A program made the translations under genes and the position numbers. Source: Macrostomum lignano (taxonomy: Eukaryota). Taken from it: a stretch of DNA of 64,000 nt. This document shows, piece by piece, positions 21,611 through 34,300 of this stretch. The notes beneath the pieces are model-generated. The model was not told where the DNA came from. It did no database searches and saw only the letters and a list, made by a program, of their open reading frames with translations. Position 1 is the stretch's first letter. Each line of letters begins with the position of its first letter. Location of the stretch: the NCBI GenBank assembly GCA_002269645.1, contig NIVC01003908.1, positions 1-64,000 of the forward strand, in the 5' to 3' direction.

Positions 21611-22675
21611 ATGAGGGTGAAAACCGCTCTTCGGAGAGTGTACGAACAGGGGGACGCCGCTTTTACAAATGCTGCCCGTGTATATCGGGAGGCCAAACGG
21701 CTGGTCCCCTCCCTGACGAGACGCCAAACCGACGAATGGCTGAAGACCCAATCGAGCTATACCCGGCACAAGAGGGTTAAAAGAAAATTCCGAACCGGAA
21801 AAGTAATGTCGGGAGGCTTCATGGAAACTGTGCAAGCGGATTTGATGGACATGTCGCGATACGAACAATGGAATGATGGTCATCGATATATTCTAGTTGC
21901 AATTGATGTGCTTAGCAAATTGGCTTTTTGCCAGCCAATAAAATTGAAAAGCGACACTCCAAAGGCTTTTGAAAGCATGATCAAAGACTTCCCCATTAAG
22001 CCTTTATATCTACACGTTGATCGAGGTACCGAGTTTTATAACAATCGCATGCAGAACTTACTGAAAGCCCATAATATCAAAATGTACAGTACAAACTCTG
22101 TATACAAGGCAAATATGGCTGAAAGGCTGATTAGGACTCTCCGAAAACGTTTAGCTCGCTACTTTGAGCATAAAAACACGTGGCGTTGGATCGACTATTT
22201 GCCAATATTGGTTAAAAGTTACAACACAGTACACTCTACTATTGATATGAAACCTTCGATTGTCGGTCTGCACAACCAAAAAGAATTGTGGGAAAAGCTC
22301 TACAAGGATCCTGAATATGATGAACCAGTTTACCAAAAAGGGGACTTTGTCAGAATTTCAAAATCTCGTCGAGCCTTTGACAAGGAAGCATACGATATGT
22401 ACAGCGAAGAAGTTTACGTTGTGTCTCAAGTATGCCCGGGACCGCCTCATTTTTATCGCATTTCCGACCTATCTGGAGAACAAATCGAGGGTCGATTCTA
22501 CTATAATGAACTTTCAAAGACGGTTCGATCGGACCGCTTTGTTATAGACAAAATTCTGCGTCGCAATGTCGTCATCAATGGTGTTGCTCATCATTTCGTT
22601 AGTTGGCGCGGCTATCCCGAGTCGTTCAATGCATTTGTACCAGTTGAGGAAGTTATAAATATAAGACAAGGATGA
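21611..22675 (+). CDS. rve integrase with C-terminal chromodomain
   Basis: QADLMDM, YILVAIDVLSK, VDRGTEF, AERLIRTL, HSTIDMKP. Ends IDKIL...FVSWRGYPESFNAFV. Confidence 0.95.
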   Translation: MRVKTALRRVYEQGDAAFTNAARVYREAKRLVPSLTRRQTDEWLKTQSSYTRHKRVKRKFRTGKVMSGGFMETVQADLMDMSRYEQWNDGHRYILVAIDVLSKLAFCQPIKLKSDTPKAFESMIKDFPIKPLYLHVDRGTEFYNNRMQNLLKAHNIKMYSTNSVYKANMAERLIRTLRKRLARYFEHKNTWRWIDYLPILVKSYNTVHSTIDMKPSIVGLHNQKELWEKLYKDPEYDEPVYQKGDFVRISKSRRAFDKEAYDMYSEEVYVVSQVCPGPPHFYRISDLSGEQIEGRFYYNELSKTVRSDRFVIDKILRRNVVINGVAHHFVSWRGYPESFNAFVPVEEVINIRQG

Positions 22676-22709
22676 ACACACATACACTCGAAACGTGTAG
22701 TATATTACA

Positions 22710-23858
22710 ATGCATCTATTCCTACCTAGCAATGCGTGCGTTGAGCACTATCCTGAGAATAATTCGGCACATTATAGCATTAATTTGCCCGACACCCTCC
22801 ACTTTCCGAATCATGAAGTCTGCATCGAACGGATCTACTTTTGTAAAGAATTCAAAACCGTCCCCGATAATCGAATGGTTGATGTCCTGACCAACGCTCC
22901 CGAGAATGAAGTGATTGACATTGAGGTGAGAGAAAAACCCGCCTCCACGTATAAACAGTTTGCGTCGGTTTCTCTCGCCGCGGGGCTATCAACAGCCAAC
23001 GAAGTGGTTGATGCAATCATCGCCGCTCTAAAATATGAGCAAGACGATAATGCGATGATTTGCATTGAGCGTTCACAGGAAGGCCAAATTTCAATTGTGA
23101 ACAAATCATGGTACGGTGCGAACATTAGGCTGTCCAGTAATGTGTGTAGCATGTTTAAAAAGGTTGACGACGCTGGAAATAAATCAAATATCGAAGTAAC
23201 GACTTTTTTATTAAACCCAAGAAATTCTTTAGTATTCGCTATAGAATTGGAGTCCTCCTCCATAGAGATTCCCATGACTCTAACGTTTGAAAAGAGTGTC
23301 TGGCCTTCTAGAACGTCACTGCGGATTGCTAAAGGGTTCTACCGCACGCCTGACGAGCTCTTAAATTATGTTAATGGAGCGCTTTGGAGCGTCGTTTCAA
23401 AGCTCCCAATAAGTCCAGCGACGAGAGTGGATGCATTCCGCTACAACCCTTTTCTGAACCGGTGTGAGTACAAACCCATTGAAAACATTTTATTCGACAT
23501 TGGAGAGCTTGCTGCCATTCTCGGCTTTCGCGAAGATGTTTTCAATGAAACTCCAAAGACGAAACGACCAATCGATTTAACAAATGGTGTACAAACTATG
23601 TACATCTATTCAAATATTGTCGACTCTGCCATTGTTGAAGACGTCAAAGTCCCCCTGCTTGGGGCAATTTATTTGAATGAAAATGTATACGGCGAACGAG
23701 AGTACTGCGAGTTTGTCAATCCATCCTACTTACCGTTGGTGAAACACCCATTCAAAACCATTGAGGTGCAAATCTGTGACGACATGGGCAAGTTAATGGA
23801 TCGGATTCTTCGAGGCAAAACTGTTTTATCGATCAACATTCGTGAAATTAAGCTATAA
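22710..23858 (+). CDS. Minor capsid protein (penton-like)
   Basis: LFLPSN...YPEN...LP N-terminus. MYIYSNIV...PLL...YLPL...FKTIEVQICDDMG C-terminus. Confidence 0.88.
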   Translation: MHLFLPSNACVEHYPENNSAHYSINLPDTLHFPNHEVCIERIYFCKEFKTVPDNRMVDVLTNAPENEVIDIEVREKPASTYKQFASVSLAAGLSTANEVVDAIIAALKYEQDDNAMICIERSQEGQISIVNKSWYGANIRLSSNVCSMFKKVDDAGNKSNIEVTTFLLNPRNSLVFAIELESSSIEIPMTLTFEKSVWPSRTSLRIAKGFYRTPDELLNYVNGALWSVVSKLPISPATRVDAFRYNPFLNRCEYKPIENILFDIGELAAILGFREDVFNETPKTKRPIDLTNGVQTMYIYSNIVDSAIVEDVKVPLLGAIYLNENVYGEREYCEFVNPSYLPLVKHPFKTIEVQICDDMGKLMDRILRGKTVLSINIREIKL

Positions 23859-23902
23859 ATAAAGAAGTTTTCACGAATAAAAGGTAGCAACTGATCGACA
23901 AT

Positions 23903-24271
23903 ATGCCTTCAATCTTGATCGGAGGAGCTTTACCGGTATTTTCCGGTGCACAGCGCGGCAACGGCCTGTTTAGCAGCATTGCCCGATTTGCCCTGCCAAT
24001 TTTAAAGAGTTTTGGCAAAAATATTCTTCGCCACGGAACACGAGCCCTAGCTACAACAGTTAACGACACACTCGATCAAGGCGGGAACTTGAAAGAAGCA
24101 GCATTGCGTAACTCTGTCCAGGCAGCTAAAGATGCTTTCAAGGACACTGTCACACAACGAGGTAGCGGCAGACAAAGACGAAGAAAAATGACTAGCAAAA
24201 AAACGAGAAAAAGACTGCAGCATTCTGACATTTTCGACTCTATAAATAAAAAAACCCGTGCCAATAACTGA
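23903..24271 (+). CDS. Basic core protein (pVII-like)
   Basis: QRGNGLFSSIARFALPILK and QRGSGRQRRRK. Confidence 0.75.
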   Translation: MPSILIGGALPVFSGAQRGNGLFSSIARFALPILKSFGKNILRHGTRALATTVNDTLDQGGNLKEAALRNSVQAAKDAFKDTVTQRGSGRQRRRKMTSKKTRKRLQHSDIFDSINKKTRANN

Positions 24272-24314
24272 TCTGTCTATTAGAGCACCACACTAAGCCG
24301 CTGTTGAAAGAAAA

Positions 24315-25597
24315 ATGACTGAGTGCCTGTGTACAAAGTCGGAATTCGAGCTATTTGCTCCTCGCGCCCACCAAATTGCAGCAATTAGCGCTACCACTGA
24401 AGAAGTTCACCCTGTTGCCAGTGTTGAAAATGCCAGCGTGGTCGAATTTAGGATTGTTGGTGGTGAGACGTTTATCGATCTTAACGACATTGACCTCGAG
24501 ATTAAGGCCCGCGTTAGGCAATCTAATGGCACAAATCTTGCTGCTGATTCGAATGTTGCGCCGGTCAATTACGTCCTTGAAAGCATGTTTAAAAACGTCA
24601 CGTTGACAATCAACGGGACACACGTAGAGTCGAGCAATAACAACCACGCTTACAAGGCCTATATTCGCACGTGTTTGAATTACGGACACGATTCAAAAAC
24701 CAACCAACTGAGAATGATGGGCTACGCAAAGGACGCTGGAGGTCAAATGGCTGTGGTTGGAAATCCTGGCTTTGTAGCCCGCAAGGCGATGGCGGCAAAC
24801 TCACGCACCTTTCACCTTTATGGACCTCTTAGTTTAGACTTTTTTGTTACCAACGACCGAATGCTACTGCCATACACTGATATGGTAATTACGCTGACCA
24901 TGCACAATTCCGGGTTCGTTCTGGAAAACCACGCGGACGGGGTTGATGCGCGGCTAGTACTCGAGAGTGCCAAACTACATGTGCGCCGCGTCAAGGCAAA
25001 CCCCCAATTGGCATTGGAGATTGAAGAACAACTAGGCAAACAGAATGCAATCTATCCGATTGAGCGACTTGTTGTGCAAAATACTTCAGTGGCTGGCGGT
25101 GTTCGGACATGTAAATCAATAATATATTTCCTGAACAAAAGCCTAAACTAGTGGTTGTTGGCATGGTGAACAGCGGCGCATACAACGGTGTGGCTACACA
25201 TAACCCGTTTAATTTTGAGCCATTTGGTGCCGACAGTGTCGCTCTGTATAAGGACGGAGTCAGTCTGTGTGGACAACCGTTTACTCCTCGATTCGGTGTT
25301 CATAACTATGCTCGCGAGTATGCCATGCTACTAAAAAGCCTAGGAAAGATGAATCGGGACCTGGATATTGACGTATCATATTCCGACTATGGAGCTGGCT
25401 ACTGCTTCTTCGCCTGGAATCTCATGCCCGACATGGAGCTGGGCGGGCATAGCATGCCTCGCGAGCGAGGGAATCTGACGCTACAAATAAAGTTTTCTGC
25501 TGCCTTGGCCGCAGGAATCAACGTGTTGGTGTTTGGCTACTTTGACAATACTGTGCAAATCACTCGCGGTCGTCAGGTTATTCTAGACTACGTGTAG
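24315..25597 (+). pseudogene. Major capsid protein, split by one frameshift near 25130
   Basis: CTKSEFELF...HPVASV...VEFRI...IDL N-terminus. NPFNFEPF...YCFFAWNL...GNLTLQIKF...DNTVQI C-terminus. Confidence 0.9.
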
Positions 25598-25644
25598 AAA
25601 CAAACATTTTTTTATTCCCAAATAACGGCCATATTCATGCCGAT

Positions 25645-26094
25645 ATGAATAGTCTAGATATATTAGAACGTCTAATACTGCCTGTCCCTGTTCGAGTAAC
25701 ACCCGTTGACAGGATTCCGCAGCCTGTTTATCCTGCTGCATACGTGATTAACTTTGACACTGGCAATCTACCAGGCACTCACTGGGCTTTAATTTGTCTT
25801 CATGCCGATGAGAGCGTGAAATTTTTTGACCCCTTGTGTATCGATCCTGTGCCAGATTTATTAAAGTTGTGGATCGCAAAGTATGTCTCCGCGGAGGTTG
25901 CAATGAACCGGCATCCTGTACAGCATCCGCTGAGTGTGACCTGCGGGGCTCATGTAATATTTGTGGCTGAAAAACACTTTCTGGAGGGTCTGTTAATTGA
26001 AAAAATATTGCGCGACTGTTATAGCACAAATCTTTACGAGAACGACTTGATGGTGCAGAATCACTGTCTACAAATAAAGCAGCATCATCCATAA
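25645..26094 (+). CDS. Adenain-like cysteine protease
   Basis: YVINFDTGNLPGTHW, FFDP and VQHPLSVTCG (His/Asp/Gln/Cys). Confidence 0.9.
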   Translation: MNSLDILERLILPVPVRVTPVDRIPQPVYPAAYVINFDTGNLPGTHWALICLHADESVKFFDPLCIDPVPDLLKLWIAKYVSAEVAMNRHPVQHPLSVTCGAHVIFVAEKHFLEGLLIEKILRDCYSTNLYENDLMVQNHCLQIKQHHP

Positions 26095-26117
26095 ATATGA
26101 TTGGGCGGCCTATCAAA

Positions 26118-26745
26118 ATGTATCAAACAATAGACCCTGATTCTTTAAAATTTGCCCCCAAAACGTTGGCAATTTTTGCTGGGGTGGCTCAAAGCGGCAA
26201 GACCACACTTGTAAAAAACCTATTAAGACAAGAATTTTTTCAAGATCCGAAGCCGATTCGCGTAGACTGGTTTGGTCATTATCCGGATCCTGAACTGTTT
26301 GAATTGCCGTACCCTGTAAATTTTCGTTCGTGTACATTTGATCCTGAACAATGTCCCTGAACCAAATATTCTGCTTGTCGTCGACGACCAAATGCATGCC
26401 ATGGAAAAGAGTGGCGCTTTTACAACTTTTTTCACGCGCAAAGTCTCCCACGTGGGGTTCCGACTTTGGTATCTTGTGCAAAACCTGTTTGCAAAGGGTA
26501 TGGAGCACCGAACTCAGTCGCTCAATTCGAACTACCTTGTTTTATTCCGCAATGTACGGGATGCCAGCACAGTGTCTCATATTGCAAGGCAGCTGGTCCC
26601 CACTAATCCGAAAAGTTTTGTCAAAACGTATGAGGATGCTACTCGCGACCCCTACTCATACTTGATTGTAAACTGTTTGCAAAATGCTCCTGCTCGCTAT
26701 TATTCAAACGTTTTGGGTCGTCACCCAATTGTGTATGCTAAATAA
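26118..26745 (+). pseudogene. A32/FtsK packaging ATPase, one frameshift near 26340
   Basis: GVAQSGKTT, LLVVDDQM, FFTR-VSH, LVQNLF...RTQSLNSNYLVLFRNVRD. Confidence 0.9.
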
Positions 26746-28059
26746 ATCGTATACGTATCAAAGCTCGGCCGGCTTTTTGTGTAAATATATATATACGCCT
26801 TTTGAAAACTTATTTGGGAGAGGGGGTTGGGGGATGACGTAATTGTCTCGGAGTGTCGACGAGGGCTGAATTCTAGAGAGTGAAGTATGGAAGGGGTGGA
26901 TATAACAGTGTGGACAGCAGCCATTTACTGGCTGACTGACTCATCATGCCTCCGCGCGGGGGCCGCCAATTAATTGTGAGGGGCGACAGAATATTTTCTT
27001 GGATGGGTGGGCGCTACAGTTCTGTGCGTACACGAAGTTTGGGTTTGATCGAACAGCTATGGGGTGGGCGGACGCTACAATTCTGTGCGTACACCAATTT
27101 TGGGTATGATCGACAGTTAATTCTGCGCTACACCAATGCTGCATTGTGCGGGGCTGGGGGCGCGCGCGTTTCTACGTACAACGGCTATGGTGAAGCGCTA
27201 ATTATGCGTACTATATTGTACTCGTCGCTTCTGTACGATACAGTGTACACTGATTACATGTATAATTAGATTTACATGAGAGCATAAATGTCTCACATAA
27301 TGACTCTGGACCAATTAGAATCGGTCTAATGTATTTAGATAGGCGTTGAATTTGCATTGGCTCTGACACCCACCTCACCTCCAAAACCCAGCTCTAACTG
27401 CACATTACGTAGTGAAGCGATTTGACCAACATAGCCTTGTACGTTCGATCAAACGATAAGAACGCATCGTTGCCAATCAGCTTCAGATTTCGCTTCTCTA
27501 ATAAATACCGGTGCACAGACGCGCGAAAACACGTGTCAGTGTACTTACAGCATATGGCTTTCCATCAGCTGTTTTTAACTGAACGGACGAACAGGCGTAG
27601 ATAGGAGTTGAGATACCTCACTGGCATATTCTCGATGTGATCAGGTAAATTCTCCGCGCGTAGAAACTCTTTTAGTTTGCGAATATGCAATTCAGTTTGC
27701 TTAACCGTCGACTTCGTTTACTTTCTTGCTCCACATGTAGGCCAGCTTCTTCTTCTTCGGTCAATTCACGAAACAGGTTTCCAACGTGATCTTCCGGTGT
27801 AGGATTGCGTAGTTCCTCATCAATTAGCCTCTCTTGCTCATCCGTCAGCCCTGTCCATCGAAGATGCCGTCACGGATTTTCTGACGGTGGAGGGCACGGA
27901 AGTCACGAGCGGTGATTGGAGGCCGGACCGACAACCGGACAGGTGGGCGAGCCAGCGGACGGGTGGGGTAGTTGTTCCATTGGCCCGGCCAACGCAACGC
28001 CTGCCGTTGGAAAGGCCAACGGATGTAGGCTTTGATAGCCGATGCAGCGCGGGTGCCTT

Positions 28060-29230
28060 TCTTGGCGACGGGGGCGAGGCGGGCCTTGGCGAAGAGGAGA
28101 CGCGCAGGTGATCTGAGTTCCTGCCGGACGTAGACAGCGAAGCCGTAAGCACTAGGAGAGCCATCTGAGAACATGACGATGCGTACCGACTGGCTGGCGT
28201 TTTAAATAGCAAAGTGGGGGACGCGGCGATCTCATTGAGCCGGAGGAGATCGGGCAGATCAGAGCTTTGCCCAAGCATCGCGAGTCACCTGGCTGGCGGC
28301 CTCGTCTCAGGAAGTGGAGACCTGAAAGGCCTGACGACCAGCGTCGTCCCAGAAGACAACCAGCAAGAATGAGTGATGCAGTAGTCGACTGGATCGTAGG
28401 AGGTGTAGACACCTTGACAGAGTGTGCGGCAAGTCAACTTTCGGGACGCGACAAATTGGGCTTTTTGAGTCAGATTTTGTCGAAGGTTGGTATAGGCCCA
28501 AGAGGCCGACAAAATTGCCTGTGATGCTTTGTTCGTCGGGCAGACAGGGAGGTTGCTGGCGAAGCTCGCGGAGACCGTAGACGAGGCGGGCAGTGTCGTC
28601 TTCAATTTTGGCACCGACGACGAGGTTGTCGATGTAGAGGCCGCCGATAATGCGCTGTATTTCAAGGCGAATGAGGGCCGAATTCTCGGATATAATAGCG
28701 TCCCGACAAACTTTATGAAGGACTGCGAGCAGGATCCAAGGACTGGGCGAGGCACCCATGAGGCAGCCAGATCTCGAAGTTGCCCTGGACGAGTGGTTTT
28801 GTGATGTATACGGGAGGATGACGCGGAGGGCGTCACTGTGAGGCGCGTTGGCACCGATTTGGTAGAATGGGGCCTTGAGATCGGACGTGATGGCGAAGCG
28901 ATGGCTCCGATGTAGCGAGTTTAACAGGTTGGGCCCGGGCTCGAGGAAGTTGTTCAGTGTAGCACCGGTGAGAGAGGTCCTGGCGGAGGCATCGACGACG
29001 GGGCGGATACTCGTTGAGTGCGAACGCTCGTTCTTGACGACTGGAAAGTGGGGTAATCGGGAAAATAGGTTTCAATAGTCTGGGCGGCTGACTTTGCCGG
29101 CGGCGGGCCGCTGCATGGCTTCGACGTGCGGCTGCCCCGCAACAGGGGCCGCTTCAGCTGTGTTGTGGTCGTCCTAAGACTGATGCGTGCCTTGACTGAG
29201 CGTGAGCTTGTTCACAGATCATAAACCCCT
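28060..29230 (-). pseudogene. BEL/Pao retrotransposon pol fragment (RT and RNase H)
   Basis: GASPSPWIL...LYIDNLVVGA and FSDGSPSAYGFAVY...LLFAKARLAP. Confidence 0.8.
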
Positions 29231-31282
29231 AGCTCAGGCCTTCCACGCCAATCGCACCACAACACTAATACTGTCTTGTCCGAGTAACGTGGCAGATGTC
29301 CTGCAGTACATTCGCGGTGCAGACAAGACAACGTAATAGCTGATACCCTTTCTCGACTGTCTGAATTTCAGTGGAAGACTACGTTTCCAAATTGCAACAG
29401 CTGATGTAGTCGCTGCCACATCAACTCGGTCGATCTGTTGAGTATCTCTGAAGCACAACGACCGGAGCGTTCTCATCTGCTAGCTGCACCATCTGCACTG
29501 TATAGATATTTCGTTGTACTTTTTATTTGCGACTCAATGTGTCTCTCTAGTCGAGTTTGTGAAACCCATACGCTATACACCAGTCATTATTTTCTGATAG
29601 ACTATTTCCTTTTACACTTCGTTCTCGGCTTCTTGCAGTGCATGTATGTGCCCCAACATTTTTTATCGTTAACTCGCAAAGCAAATACAAATCAACATTG
29701 ACTCAAGAATCTAGAAACTTGTAGTTTCGCTACAGTTAGATAAATGGTATATATTCCCCATTTATACCAGTGCTCGGGCAATAGACCATTTTACCCTTGA
29801 TTTTGAACAAGGAGAACTTCGAAACTGACAAACTCCTCTTCAGCATTGATACATGTACTCTATGGTCGGGCACTCAAAATCTACAATCAATATTGACAGA
29901 TCAAGCTTCATGTCTGTATGTCAGCCTCTGCGTATATCACTGGAACTTAGACTATTGCACAAGTGCAATTGTCAAATGGTTACAATTTCATGTTGAATCG
30001 ATTTCATTTTAAAATATAAAGTTCTCGTTTATTTGCACTCTGTGCCGGTGCAAATAAATCATTTATCTGCACCGGTGCAGATAAACGAAATAAACCATTA
30101 GAACATAGACTACTGCACCAGGCTCTATCGTATCCATCTTTCTTGAAATTTCCGCGGCGCTTAAACAACATGCTTCCCGAAAATTCCCGAACCTTCTATG
30201 AAATTATCTTTAAATAAAAAGCACCCGGCACTGCTAACTGCATTACTCAAGCCTAAATTTTCCATACGGAACCACCGCCTTTACGCCTCATTTATTTAAA
30301 TTGTTACACCCCCATCACGTGTCTAATTCTTTTACTCCCCCCTAGCAGTCAGCAGCTCCTTAAGTAAGTAACCTTTATTTATTTATTGGGTTAAATAGCT
30401 TTCCAGCTATCTGAACCATTTACATAGATATCGGCTTTCTAGGCCTATATATAAAATTAATTTATATTTTATATATAAGTCATTAGGGGATTAGCCTTTT
30501 TATTATATTAGTTTAGGGCCTAGGCCCTACTTTATAAACTTTAAGTTTTAGCTAGAGCCAGTTATAATCTCTTTTATAGATACCTCTTATCTCTCAAGGT
30601 ATAGGCCCTAGCTTGGTTCAGTCTTAGCTCTAGGCCTATTTTTTTCTCAAAAATTATTGACATATATATATACTAAACTAGTTGCATCAGAAAATTTATT
30701 TGTTCCCTAAGACTTAAAATCAATTTATAAAATTCTAACACCCTTTGCTTCTAGTTAGTTTATCTCTAGATTTATTTTTTGTGAATTAAGAACAAGGTAT
30801 TAGAGGTTTCTAGTATAATTTTTTTAAGTAAGTAGGCCTATATGGCTATATAATATTTTTAGGATTTTCACTAACTAGCAGTGTTGCCATAGCTAGGGTG
30901 TCCAGTGAACCTTTTTTTAGCATATGCAAAAACAAAAAAATGGTGAAAAAGTTGTCTTCTTTAAATGGTTGTAACTTTTCAAATAATTAAAATATTGCTA
31001 TATTCTTATGTTTGTTGAAAAATAGACAAATATATCTTTCAAATGACATATAGTTTTCATGTTTAGGACATGATTACAAAGATACAGACTGTCAAACATT
31101 GTATAAATTTTTATAAATTTTCAAAACTGCTAAATGTGCATGAAAAATTAAAAATATAGGGTTGGAAGGATTTGTTTTTAGCAAATAAGTGCATAACTGC
31201 TAAGAATGCTTGCACACTGAGTGTAGGTATAGGTAACTTCCTGGAGATCATTTTAAGTGAAATTTTTTTATTTAAGAATATG

Positions 31283-31283
<1 letters not shown>

Positions 31284-31327
<44 letters not shown>
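31284..31327. repeat. (TA)n microsatellite
   Basis: Direct reading. Confidence 0.95.
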
Positions 31328-31333
<6 letters not shown>

Positions 31334-34300
31334 TAAAATGGCCATAACTTTTGAATGGAAAGAGGGGCCACCCTGATTCTTTTTGCTACTTACTTCTAGT
31401 GACAAAAATGAAACTTTTAGACAAAATAGGATGATTGTAACTCTTGCTGCAATATACTTAATAGAAATTGTCAAAATGAATGCAAATCCCCATAAGAGAC
31501 ATAAAAAAATGGGGAATTTTTTGAAGCTCAAAATAAGGGCCAGTTAGTTTCTTTGATAAAATGATAACAAAACAGGCCAAACTCTGTCATAAAGGCAAAT
31601 CCTAATAACTTTTGCCACCAAAGTTATTAAGCATAATTGGCATAGGTGTACATGCAAAATACACTACAGGAAAATGTATATTGAGGGGTTTTACATTCAA
31701 AAAGAAGTTATGTATGCAATTTTTTCTTCAAAAATGGATAGTAAGACTTACAATATATTTTATCTTTTATGCATTTCTCAATAATCCATCTTTTATCTGC
31801 CAATCTTGCAGATCCCATACACACTACACCTACAATATCTGCTATGAGCACTTGACAAGCTTATGTGCTGCTTTGTGCTACTGTACAATCACCTCTATCA
31901 TTTTAGCTGGGCCCAAAGATTGCGCACAGCTTCTTGAAGGCTTGCATAGGTGTCCCTCTCTTCTTAAAGGGAGCAGGCAACAGTAGCAGCAGAGAAATGT
32001 TAGCAAACTAGTATCCAGAAGTTGACTCTGGCATAATTGTAGCTGGGACCACTGCAAGAAAGACAAATGCTTGGTCCATATAGATAACCCAAGGACTCTG
32101 CTTGCTAGCAGCTTCCTGGCACACATTCAACCTCAGCAAGTCTCGCACCTTTTCCTTCACTTTCATTACTGCTTCCTACAACCACAGATTATAAAGTTAT
32201 AAAGTACATTTGGTTTAGTGTCTGTAAACAGACTAAGACATTCTGCCAAGCTAATTAAAAGCATTAAAATGTACTAGCTGAGTAAAAGCTGAGCTGACTA
32301 AAAAGGTTCTCAGTTGATTTGGCTACTTGCAGATAAAGTGGGATGGGGATATGGGAGCAGACAAATTGATTGTCATACTCTCATACATGTACATGTACAT
32401 ACACAATGTAATCACACTATGTATTGCCCTTAAGATTGTTAGATTGGCTATGAGCAAGTTACCAATCCAATACTCTATTGCCGAACTGATGTCCTGTCCT
32501 AGCAAACTGTTGCACAGTTGGTGACTTGAGTCTCCAGCTGCCAGGACATGTCATCCAAGCTGATTTGTACTGCCAGCAGCTGGTGCAGATGTTGCTGATG
32601 CTGCAGGCACCTTAATACTGGAGAGGAAAGGCACACACTCGCATTTTGTTGACTGCCTGCTGGCTGATGCAGCTGACACCCTGGATACTGCTGATGGTGC
32701 AACCTATATTTGTGTCAAGGCCCTAAAACCCACTGCAATATTGTCTTGATCATGCCTGATTGGCTTGACTGTTAGTAATTGCAATTGTAATACTGTAGTA
32801 GACTCATAGTACAATGAGAAAGCCAGCATAGCAGACAAAATGCTTTTTCAGATATTTGCTGACAAATGAACTACCGATGAATTGGTAGCAGACAAATTGA
32901 TTGGAGTACCATGAAAAGCTATTGTGCTAAAAAGTGGACATAGTGAACAAGTAAATGAATCAAATGATGCAGGTAAACTATAAAGGTAGATTCAATTGCT
33001 GAATTTGGGCATGGCCTTTTCAAACATAAAAGTACATGAGTTAGTGACATACAAGCTTAGTAAAGCTTTAATTCATTACAGTTATCAGATAGACTACAAA
33101 AATGTTTTGAATGACTCTAGCATGAAGATAGTTAAGATTAATATTGACAGGAGCTATATAGATTTTTAGACAACATAGATATCCAGAGTGGTATTTTGGA
33201 GGACCCATTTTCATGGAAATAATGGTCAACCATTTACATACTACTTACAGTAGGAAGTAAAAAATCTTACTAACTACAGTATACAAGTATTACTTTGACA
33301 TGAAAGTAATTTAAAATAAGGTAAATAGAAAGTATACCACGAAAAAATTTCTTTACCTTTTTAGTCCTAATCCCTAGATATCTACATATATAAAACAGTA
33401 TATATAAATATAAAATATCAGAAAATGTTGTGGCAACAAAAATTTATAAAATAACACTTAAAACACTAAAATTGGATATAAAATAAAAGTTACAAACATT
33501 TTACTGCAAAAAATGCTTTTTGCCTAAAAATGGCACAGTTTTTAGTGTATTTGAGATAGGAAAAAACAACATTTTTTGAAATGAAAAACTTTATAACTTT
33601 TTTATTACTGAATAAATTTTCAAAAGTCTAGTGTCATTTCACTCATATCATCCAGGGCTGTAACATGACATAGTGAAAAATTTAGATTTAAATTTTTTTT
33701 TGCACTGGACCCCTTACCATAGCTGCACAAATTTTGTGCAATGCGTAAATAATATGCAAGATCCTAAATTTCTGCACAAATCAGACTTTTTTGGATTGTT
33801 GACAATCTGGCAATAGCAAAATGTTCAATTCTACTTTAAATGATTATACATTGATATTTCATTTGTCAATTATGGCTGCTCTTTGTTTGTACTTAAAATT
33901 AAACATTCAGGGAGCATGAGAATTTGCCTGGCTGGCTTCCTGTGTTAAATTTATCAAAGAAAATCGCATATCTGCTAATAGCTTTCCTTTTTATAATTTC
34001 TTTCTTAAGGTAAACAAACAGTCACAAGAAATTTCTTGCAGGAAAATCTTTCTACTGGAAAAAGTCTGTGCGGGAAAAATCGTGTGGGAAAATCTCGGCA
34101 GTAAAAGCTTGGCAGGAAAATCTCAACAGGGAAATTTCCTGCGGGAACTCTCGCTATGGTAAAAACTTGTTGCGGGAGAATCTTGTGCAGGGAAAGTTCC
34201 GTTGTGCAACAAAAATTTTCGTTGCGGGAAAAACTTGCTATGGGAAAATCTCATGCAGGCAAAACTTGTGCGAGAAAGCTCCGCAGGAAAAATTCCTGCG

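Larger units (their letters stand above)
18700..27212 (+). mobile_element. Polinton/Maverick element 2 (different capsid lineage), left arm and pPolB not present
   Basis: Co-directional integrase, penton, core, capsid, protease and ATPase block. GC-rich subterminal repeats at 26800-27212. Boundaries approximate. Confidence 0.85.

Noticed and set aside
31790-31880. piggyBac-like Cys-rich domain (CQSC...NICYEHL)
   Set aside because: Cys spacing is incomplete and no transposase core is recognisable nearby.
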